DNA from: an uncultured Candidatus Bathyarchaeia archaeon | GTDB taxonomy: Archaea; Thermoproteota; Bathyarchaeia; Bathyarchaeales; Bathycorpusculaceae | Reading direction: 5' to 3' | Length of the DNA: 24,010 nucleotides | Assembly (NCBI GenBank): GCA_964450845.1 | Contig: CAYVGZ010000001.1 | Coordinates: 172,604-196,613 of the forward strand | Part shown: one piece after another, positions 1 through 6,128 of the stretch | How the letters are laid out: the number at the start of each line of letters is the position of its first letter | Position numbering within the stretch: position 1 is the first letter of the stretch | Position numbers and translations under genes: made by a program | Notes under the pieces: generated by a model | The model's database searches: none | The model's input: only the letters and a program-made list of their open reading frames with translations | Told to the model about the DNA's origin: nothing

Positions 1-46
1 CTTTAAGTTCTTCTTCTCCAACATTAATTCCAGCAAATTGTTGCAT
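1..46 (-). CDS. Possible 5' part of a gene running off the window (MQQFAGINVGEEELK...)
   Basis: ATG at 46 in a TGATG overlap; frame open to the window edge; no family recognised. Confidence 0.3.
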   Translation of the reverse strand, partial: MQQFAGINVGEEELK

Positions 47-380
47 CAGTAAGATCTTTCTGTGTAAAAGATTATACCAGTATTACCGACACTATTGGCA
101 ATCCTTGTCATACGCACCCTATTCTGCTTAAGTCGTGCAGAAGCGTACCTCTCGGTATTATAGACTATTATATACCTACTACCACTGGTATAATGAAGTG
201 GTTGGCTTACGTTATCGTTACAATCTAGGCACTAGAATATTTTTGTGTCTTCGTGATCTCTTATTGATCACCAAGCTCCATAAACTTTCGTTTAATCGGG
301 GAGGGTGTACATGCCTTTATCTAGAACTATAGATTTTACCTTGTGTCCGCTATTTTGATATCAGGGATAACGATTTATAT

Positions 381-456
381 TGGTAGCAGCAGACAAGATC
401 GAACTGTCGACGTATTGATTATGATTCTATTGTTCTCCCAACTGAACTACGCTGCT
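381..456 (-). tRNA. tRNA with CAT anticodon (elongator Met or Ile2), somewhat degenerate
   Basis: Cloverleaf AGCAGCG/TGCTGCT, A73, encoded CCA, T-loop TTCGATC; anticodon arm ATAGA-ATCATAA-TCAAT has an A29.A41 mismatch and A32. Confidence 0.8.
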
Positions 457-461
457 ATAAT

Positions 462-536
462 TGGTAGCGGGGGTCCGATTCGAACGGACGACCTTCAGGT
501 TATGAGCCTGCTAAGCTACCACTGCTCCACCCCGCG
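462..536 (-). tRNA. tRNA-fMet (CAT), initiator type
   Basis: CGCGGGG 5' strand with C1.A72 mismatch, loop CTCATAA, T-loop TTCGAAT, encoded CCA. Confidence 0.93.
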
Positions 537-537
537 A

Positions 538-1230
538 TTATATACTTGTTGTTGCGTCAGATGCACCTACAGATGAGTAAAATGTTGTCATTGTACCACT
601 TACAGCTAACTGGTCTGCCGTATTTGATTGTCGCAGGATTCTATAGTTAGCTAGTCCATTACTCATGGTTGTAAATGCGTATTGTGTTCCTGTTTCAGTA
701 GTAGTATAGGACATTATATTACCAGCATCTATTCCAAGACTTGTTCTTATTTGGCTTAAGTCTTGGTTGGCACCCATATATGTTATTGTCCACGCTTTGT
801 CTTCTTTACAATTGGTTATGAGCTGTTGAACAGTTTCCCAAGTGTATTCTTTTGAGCTGTTCTCTGCTCCATCTGAAACAATTATTACTAGAAACGTAAC
901 ATCATCTGTTTTAGTAGGAGTATCATTACGAAGTCTGCTAACTGATTGGCCAACTGCATCCAGCATAGCAGTCATTCCATTAGGAATGTAGTTTGCAATG
1001 CTCAGTTGTTCAACGTCTTCAAGCGGCTTATTCCAGTATAAAGTTTGAACATCTCCGCTAAACTTTACCATTGAAACAAATGTCTTTATGCTTGACGTCT
1101 TTTTTAATTCCTGTATCTGCTCATTAACGCCATCAATGGTTTGTTTCTTGATACTTTCCATTGACCCGCTTTCATCTAGCACAAAGAGTACGTATTCTTT
1201 CTTCTCTTTGGCTTCAGTTCTCATGTTCAT
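538..1230 (-). CDS. von Willebrand factor A (vWA) domain protein
   Basis: MIDAS motif FVLDESGSM, then G-x-T-A-M-L-D-A and IIVSDG-x-EN; start moved to ATG 1230 behind GAAGGAG. Confidence 0.9.
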   Translation of the reverse strand: MNMRTEAKEKKEYVLFVLDESGSMESIKKQTIDGVNEQIQELKKTSSIKTFVSMVKFSGDVQTLYWNKPLEDVEQLSIANYIPNGMTAMLDAVGQSVSRLRNDTPTKTDDVTFLVIIVSDGAENSSKEYTWETVQQLITNCKEDKAWTITYMGANQDLSQIRTSLGIDAGNIMSYTTTETGTQYAFTTMSNGLANYRILRQSNTADQLAVSGTMTTFYSSVGASDATTSI

Positions 1231-1575
1231 TAGCTTCTCCTTCATCTCGAGCAAAGTTTAAGAGAATGGTCTTTATCTTTTCTGATGTCTCTATTGCTTT
1301 GTTTACTCGATCTATTCTTAAGTTTAATTTTTTCCTAACGTCGAAATAGTCTGCTACTTCTCTTAGTGTAGTCTTTATATCGTCTTGTATTACTGATATT
1401 CCCCCTCTGTTCGAAGTATGGCGCCATATACGAGTTCTGCATTTTTAACAAGTGTTGCTATCTTTTGTTGGGCTTTCTTTACTTCTTCTTGCTGTTCTTC
1501 GAACGTATTTTGTTCAATGGCACACATTCTATCCTTAAGCGCGTCAATAGCTAAAGATAAGTCTAGTAGTTTCAC
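1214..1575 (-). pseudogene. Hypothetical coiled-coil protein (~120 aa) split by a frameshift
   Basis: ORF 1390-1575 continues as ISVIQDDIKTTLREVADYFD...ANEHEN* (61 open codons) if one G is added to the G5 run at 1401-1405. Confidence 0.65.
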
Positions 1576-1589
1576 GATTATTCCTTAGA

Positions 1590-1677
1590 TGGTGCCCAAG
1601 AGGGGACTCGAACCCCTACGAGGAAATTCCTCAACAGATTTTAAGTCTGCAGCGTCTACCAGTTCCGCCACCAGGGC
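1590..1677 (-). tRNA. tRNA-Leu (TAA)
   Basis: GCCCTGG/TTGGGC acceptor, anticodon arm CAGA-CTTAAAA-TCTG, long variable arm, encoded CCA. Confidence 0.95.
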
Positions 1678-1702
1678 ATTAACTTATTCGTTCTAACTGA
1701 TT

Positions 1703-1868
1703 TTAATTATACCATCCGCACCAGCCACCATCAAACATAACATACCACTTTGGTGGGTTTGCTTTCTTGTCGAAGTATTCTACCACGCATATCTTGTCTT
1801 TGGTAGAACCTTCTTTTATCCTAGCAGTACAGTTAGGAGCTATTTTTTCTTTTTTTTCTTAAGTTCAT
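1703..1868 (-). pseudogene. Small hypothetical protein with +1 frameshift in an A run
   Basis: Removing one A from the A8 run joins MNLRKK to EKIAPNCTARIKEGSTKDKICVVEYFDKKANPPKWYVMFDGGWCGWYN*. Confidence 0.5.
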
Positions 1869-1872
1869 TATA

Positions 1873-1957
1873 TGGTGGTCAGAGGGGGACTCGAACCCCC
1901 ACAGGTTACCCTACCAGATCCTAAGTCTGGCGCGTCTACCAGTTCCGCCATCTGACC
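1873..1957 (-). tRNA. tRNA-Leu (TAG)
   Basis: GGTCAGA/TCTGACC acceptor, CCAGA-CTTAGGA-TCTGG anticodon arm, variable arm, encoded CCA. Confidence 0.95.
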
Positions 1958-1963
1958 ATATAA

Positions 1964-2074
1964 AGGGTAATTCGCGTTGAGAAATTGGCTTCCTCACCGT
2001 TAGCCACTGCAGGAGTCGAACCTACACGGGGTTTATTTTCAAGATATACGAAGTAACTCAAACCGCTACACCAT
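1964..2074 (-). ncRNA. Unidentified structured RNA, copy 1 (T-arm-containing)
   Basis: GGUGUA...UUACCC ends; helices GCG/CGC and UUGAG/CUCAA; UUACUUCG; T-arm UGUAGG-UUCGACU-CCUGCA; hairpin UGGCU/AGCCA with loop AACGGUGAGGA. Confidence 0.65.
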
Positions 2075-2092
2075 TGTACTTATATACTTATA

Positions 2093-2151
2093 GGGCTTTG
2101 GGACAACATTATCCTCAAAGCCCCTGCCGAAGACTACTATCTCTAGTAGCC
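2093..2151 (-). other. Two adjacent stable hairpins
   Basis: GGCUACUA-GAGA-UAGUAGUC (GNRA loop) and GGGCUUUG(A)GGA/UCCCAAAGCCC joined by a short UUCGGCAG linker. Confidence 0.45.
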
Positions 2152-2186
2152 TAAAATTTTTAGTGGTAGAAATTTAAACACATATC

Positions 2187-2300
2187 CTATTGCATAGCAT
2201 ATCCTAGGACCGTATCTTTTCTTTTTTTTTTTCTGCATAGAAAGTTTGAGTAGGCTATTAGTGCGCCTATGAGAAATAGGAATGCAGTTATAGTATTCAT
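2187..2300 (-). CDS. Small membrane peptide with basic tail (37 aa, MNTITAFLFLIGALIAYSNFLCRKKKRKDTVLGYAMQ)
   Basis: GAGG 4 nt before ATG; hydrophobic helix followed by RKKKRK; below the ORF-track cutoff. Confidence 0.55.
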   Translation of the reverse strand: MNTITAFLFLIGALIAYSNFLCRKKKRKDTVLGYAMQ

Positions 2301-2317
2301 ATTGCCTCAGAAAAAAT

Positions 2318-2415
2318 CGGGTAAATCAAGATGACAAGGGAACCGTCCCATAGTGCAGGAGTCGAACCTAGCACCGCAAAGTTGTGAGCTGCGAAGTATG
2401 TCTTCTCTACACCCG
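2318..2415 (-). ncRNA. Unidentified structured RNA, copy 2 (T-arm-containing)
   Basis: CGGGUG/UACCCG; GAGAAGACA/UGUCAUCUU helix; AUACUUCG; T-arm GUGC(U)AGG-UUCGACU-CCUGCAC; hairpin GGGA-CGGU-UCCC. Confidence 0.7.
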
Positions 2416-2439
2416 TTACCAAAGGAGATTCTAAAAGGA

Positions 2440-2580
2440 GAATAGTAGGGTGCATAGATTTAAGCTGGGAGGATTCGAACTTTGTAATAGTTTCCTATTG
2501 ATAGTATTACCACGCCCTATCAAGCTATCCAGCTCTCTTCTTTTTGTAGAGGTCGTCTACTTATACAGAGCCTACTATTC
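2440..2580 (-). ncRNA. Structured RNA candidate with a tRNA-like inner domain
   Basis: Perfect 10-bp closing stem GAAUAGUAGG/CCUACUAUUC; inner AGCUGG/CCAGCU, UUGAUAG/CUAUCAA, GAAA hairpin, GUUCGAAUC. Confidence 0.55.
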
Positions 2581-2590
2581 TTTTTGAAAA

Positions 2591-2750
2591 ACTGGGTAAT
2601 TCAGTACGAGAGGTTATATACGGCGCCTAGTATATGAGTAGGGATCTCGGTGATATAGTTCGCCGATAGACTGTCAGGTTGCCCTGACATAGCTGAGCCT
2701 TGCAGCTCTGGTTTTGATATAATCGAAGTATCTCAGTACTTACACCCAGT
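2591..2750 (-). ncRNA. Unidentified structured RNA, copy 3 (multibranch)
   Basis: ACUGGGUG/UACCCAGU; AGUAC(U)GAGA/UCUCGUACU; AUACUUCG bulge; UUAUAU/AUAUAA; four hairpins including UGUCAGG-GCAA-CCUGACA. Confidence 0.7.
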
Positions 2751-2758
2751 AATGAGGA

Positions 2759-3016
2759 TTATTCCTGTTCGGGAACTTTGCCGTCGAAGATCTTTACAGT
2801 CTTGCTGCTGTCCAGCGATGTGACTGTGACCTTACGCTTGTAGCGTGTTCCAGTTGTGAGTGGATGGCTCAGCGAATGGATCGCATGCGCGACCTGATTG
2901 ATCTCGCTCTCGTCATGACCAACGAGGCTGAGCTTCATGGTCTTCTGAAACAATGCAGTCTGAACACCCTTTGTCTTTCTACCGACAGGCCTTTTTGTTG
3001 AACGTAGTGTAGGCAT
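2759..3016 (-). CDS. Basic 85-aa protein, putative uS10/NusE-like lacking the extended loop
   Basis: Strong RBS TAAGGAG; by-eye alignment of MKLSLVGHDESEINQ, HPLTT and YKRKVTV...KTV to S10 segments; gene is well supported, family call is inference. Confidence 0.5.
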   Translation of the reverse strand: MPTLRSTKRPVGRKTKGVQTALFQKTMKLSLVGHDESEINQVAHAIHSLSHPLTTGTRYKRKVTVTSLDSSKTVKIFDGKVPEQE

Positions 3017-3070
3017 TACCTACTCCTTACGGAAAAGGTTAATAAGATAAAGTCAAATGAAATTTAAAAA

Positions 3071-3478
3071 TGGAGATGAGGGGAATCGAACCCCTGTCCT
3101 GATAGTCTCTTATGAAGAGCTCTACATGCTTAGTCTGTTTTGGTTTTTCTTTTTAAAGCTTAGTACAGACACTCGCTTTAAACATATCTATCTGTCTATC
3201 TCGAAGTACTCTCCGCTAGAACGATGGTACTTCTAGTCACTATTAAGAACATAACCTCGTGACTTAAGTTATGCTCTTCGCCGCCTTTAATTAGGCAGCT
3301 ACGGATGCGCCAGCAGCCACACCGAACAGTACATTCTGTGCGAAAGCCTTAGCGAAATCCACTGCGAAAGCGATTGCTTTGTTTGCAGTTATTGTTTGAT
3401 AGATGTTTTAAGAGGCCAACTATCGTCCTCTGCATGCTCTCACCACTTGCTCCAATCAGTCGAATACCTGTCATCCCC
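3071..3478 (-). ncRNA. ssrA: tmRNA (408 nt, CCA not encoded)
   Basis: GGGGATG/CATCTCC-A acceptor with G3.U70, ATTCGAC after the 5' stem, T-arm GGGG-TTCGATT-CCCC, resume context ATAACT-GCA, tag ending in AA*. Confidence 0.96.
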
Positions 3479-3634
3479 TTATTCTTCTGGTTCTTGAATC
3501 CTAACCTTTGGTATTTTTACACCATAAGGTTTTTCTTTTTTTTCTTTTCTTTTTCTTCTTCGAAGTTGAACTTCATCCAGCTCATCTTCGTCTAACATTA
3601 GCTCATATATTTCACTCAGTCTTAGACTGGGCAT
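3479..3634 (-). CDS. Small charged hypothetical protein (51 aa)
   Basis: ATG 3634 behind GAAGGA; the stop codon abuts tmRNA G1. Confidence 0.65.
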   Translation of the reverse strand: MPSLRLSEIYELMLDEDELDEVQLRRRKRKEKKEKPYGVKIPKVRIQEPEE

Positions 3635-4001
3635 GGATCTTTCCTTCAAATCTTTGCCTTTGATAGGCATTTCGGTGACGTTCACAGTATTTAGGATAAA
3701 TATCCCTGTTAGCTTCGTAAATTACTATGAACTTTTCTTGGCATCTTCCTGCAGGTCCACATGCTGAACACTGTATGCGTAGCATAGTACCTGTTGAGAA
3801 TTTTCCTTTGATCAGCTTTAAGTTTTCAGCTGATCCATCGTGCTTTGGTTTTCTTGTTTTCTGCGCTAGAATCTTTCTTGCTTCTATGCATCTCTGGTCA
3901 TCACAATATTTTTTCTGCGCAGGTCCAGTAAACATATTTGTGCAGCCTGGAAATTCACATTGCCGCTGGCTTTGCCGTAATTGTCCCTTTGATACATTCA
4001 T
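3612..4001 (-). CDS. Cys-rich putative zinc-binding hypothetical protein
   Basis: CEFPGC...YCDDQRC and CSAC...C...YCERH clusters; ATGA-coupled to the upstream gene. Confidence 0.75.
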   Translation of the reverse strand: MNVSKGQLRQSQRQCEFPGCTNMFTGPAQKKYCDDQRCIEARKILAQKTRKPKHDGSAENLKLIKGKFSTGTMLRIQCSACGPAGRCQEKFIVIYEANRDIYPKYCERHRNAYQRQRFEGKIHAQSKTE

Positions 4002-4264
4002 CCCCGTAACCTCACTGCCTTTCCTACTGACTTTCTGTATGATTCAAGTTCGATACGGTCTATATCAAACTCGCCAGAAAGCAGAGCGTTTAGTTTATGG
4101 AGATGTTCAGAGCAAATTGGGAAACCTCTTAGCAATACCCCATCATATTTCTTACCAGCAGTTATAGCAAACATTTCTTGTGACTCAACTCTGCTACAGA
4201 ATATGCAGGGCTTATTCGAAACATCCAGAGAGTCTCCACGCACAACCTGAACAACTGTTTCCAT
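3998..4264 (-). CDS. Putative zinc-finger hypothetical protein
   Basis: CIFC...CSEH; RBS GGAG. Confidence 0.75.
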   Translation of the reverse strand: METVVQVVRGDSLDVSNKPCIFCSRVESQEMFAITAGKKYDGVLLRGFPICSEHLHKLNALLSGEFDIDRIELESYRKSVGKAVRLRG

Positions 4265-4448
4265 TTATGTCTCCATGGTTTTTGTCCCAACATTCTCTAA
4301 AGGTAGGAGCATAGAGTTTTATCCATTCTAGTACTGCATCCTGCCCTAGATCTCGGTGTGCTTGCTCACTCGCTATCCACTTGTAGATCTCTATCTCGCG
4401 GATTTCGTCCTCCATGAATTTCTTGAACCTTTGAGGACATTTTCTCAT
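4212..4448 (-). CDS. DUF4032-like small protein
   Basis: EIEIYKWIASEQAHRDLGQDAVLEWI matches the remembered DUF4032 pattern (EI..HKW..SE....D.G...A..DW). Confidence 0.55.
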   Translation of the reverse strand: MRKCPQRFKKFMEDEIREIEIYKWIASEQAHRDLGQDAVLEWIKLYAPTFRECWDKNHGDINGNSCSGCAWRLSGCFE

Positions 4449-4848
4449 CTTTTCTCTTTTTTCTGAACTTGACATGTTTTCTTACCACCTTGGCGCTACA
4501 AGCTTGCGCTTCTGCTTCCTTCTTGGCGATACGTGCCTTGTACCACAAGGAATCGTCGGCAGTACCATTCAAGATTTCCGTCAAACGGCGGATATTCAGC
4601 GTCCCATACTTTCTGGACAAAGAATCAACATCATTTTTATTCAGACTTTTTACTTGGTCCAGAAGGTCGAGGCGTTTCTCTTTAAGAGTCTGTTGCTTTG
4701 CAAGCAACAGTTGGTGTCGATATGCTCTGTCAGCTTTGTTCTTGGTGTTCTTACCATTTCGCTCAGCCTCAGCACTGTGCGACTGATACTTTGCTTTCTT
4801 TGCTGCCAGTACACCGTTTTCCTTTCCCCCACTTTTCTTCCTTTCCAT
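4366..4848 (-). CDS. Basic hypothetical protein
   Basis: Strong RBS AAAGGAG; 160-aa ORF; the C-terminus overlaps the next gene and may be a run-on. Confidence 0.7.
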   Translation of the reverse strand: MERKKSGGKENGVLAAKKAKYQSHSAEAERNGKNTKNKADRAYRHQLLLAKQQTLKEKRLDLLDQVKSLNKNDVDSLSRKYGTLNIRRLTEILNGTADDSLWYKARIAKKEAEAQACSAKVVRKHVKFRKKRKDEKMSSKVQEIHGGRNPRDRDLQVDSE

Positions 4849-5902
4849 TGTCTACTCCTTTAGTATAAGGCTCACTATCAAGTAAGCTAATTGCTTTATC
4901 CATCAAAATTCTTGAGTACTGTGCAAGCTTCTGATTTTTCTCAGACAAGCGACGTGAGATAATTTGAAAACGGTGGTGTAATAATTCAGTTGAAATGCAG
5001 GGCATTTCTAGTTCTCTACAAATAAGAGGAACTGTACCAGCACCACCAAAGAAATCTACAACCACTGCATTAGCTCCACAGAACGTAGATAGAAGCCTCT
5101 TAACACAGGTGGCAGGCATCGCTTCAGAGACACGGTCACCGTTCTTGCGCCAGTATCCATTTTTGAATTTAAGGTCTCCCCAGAAATTAGTCTCGGTACC
5201 CCAGATCTCCTTCGAATAGATGAGGTTACTACCTTTACTTCTACAGGCTGTTTTGAGTATCCTATCCTTGATTTCACCTTTGGTAAATACAAGTACAGAC
5301 AGGGTTTCATATGCTAGCCTATCCTTTACCTTCTTCATTGGATGTCTTAAGAGCGTGATACTATCTCCTAAGGTCAATCCCCAATAGCTTGCCTGATTCC
5401 AAACATGAAAGTTTGGTTCTAGATAGTTTACAGAGATAAATGTTCCGTTTGGCTTCAATAATTTGTTAGCGTACTTTACTCCATCTGTTATAAGCCTCTT
5501 TGTTGGTACGTCAACTAAGCCTTTATTAAAAGGCCAGTCTGCCACGACTGTATCAGCGTAATTTTCTGGAAGTACCCTTGCTATGTCTTGAAACTTAGAG
5601 TTTATAACAATGGATGTTCCAGATCTTATCATTTTCATATCTGCTTCGTCTTTCTTTGAGTTTACGAAGAATGATTGTTTCTTTTTCTGGAGTAATATGT
5701 TCTTTAAGCTTCTCTGTTTGTACATTACTCTTATTTCGCAGCAGGCCCAGCATATACGTGGTTCACTTTGATTATGTAGCCGAAACTGTTCTGCAATCAA
5801 TTCTATTCTCTCATTTTCATAAAAATCTTCTTTCATTTTAGAGAGGGACCATCTCTTCTTGCTATTCCTATATTCCCGCCAATTTTTTTCAAATTCGTAC
5901 AC
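4769..5902 (-). CDS. DNA adenine/N4-cytosine methyltransferase, beta-class order
   Basis: Motif IV variant VVADWPF precedes motif I VVVDFFGGAGT; P...RL...F before motif I. Confidence 0.82.
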   Translation of the reverse strand: MYEFEKNWREYRNSKKRWSLSKMKEDFYENERIELIAEQFRLHNQSEPRICWACCEIRVMYKQRSLKNILLQKKKQSFFVNSKKDEADMKMIRSGTSIVINSKFQDIARVLPENYADTVVADWPFNKGLVDVPTKRLITDGVKYANKLLKPNGTFISVNYLEPNFHVWNQASYWGLTLGDSITLLRHPMKKVKDRLAYETLSVLVFTKGEIKDRILKTACRSKGSNLIYSKEIWGTETNFWGDLKFKNGYWRKNGDRVSEAMPATCVKRLLSTFCGANAVVVDFFGGAGTVPLICRELEMPCISTELLHHRFQIISRRLSEKNQKLAQYSRILMDKAISLLDSEPYTKGVDNGKEEKWGKGKRCTGSKESKVSVAQC

Positions 5903-5911
5903 GTATTAGAG

Positions 5912-6110
5912 CTATTCGTCAGATTCCATTTTTGATCTTAGTTTAGATAATCCAAAACTTGTCGATTTGGTAACTGGATCGTATTCCTCATTTCAATTTC
6001 AAGTTTTGGCTTAGTAAACAGCTCAGGAGGATATTAAGTTTTACTGTTACTTCTATCCAGTCAGTACTGTAGTCTATTGTTGCGTTTTTTCAGGTGAAGA
6101 TCTAACATCA
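5912..6110 (-). pseudogene. Probable frameshifted small gene
   Basis: Protein-like segments in successive frames (MLDLHLK / NATIDYSTDWIEVTVKL / PPELFTKPKLEIE) joined at short homopolymer runs. Confidence 0.35.
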
Positions 6111-6128
6111 CCACTTTTGTGGCAATAT

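Noticed and set aside
71-194. Second group I or group II intron
   Set aside because: UAAUAGUCU resembles the S element, but there is no upstream GACUA partner for P7 and no domain V
1964-2415. Calling RNA copies 1 and 2 tRNAs, pseudo-tRNAs or bona fide Y RNAs
   Set aside because: They have no anticodon arm, acceptor end or CCA in tRNA order; the Ro60-binding helix sequence is not seen and no Ro60 gene is in the window
1964-2750. CRISPR array or T-box riboswitch reading of the repeats
   Set aside because: The copies are not identical direct repeats with spacers and no cas genes are present; there is no T-box antiterminator (UGGN bulge) sequence
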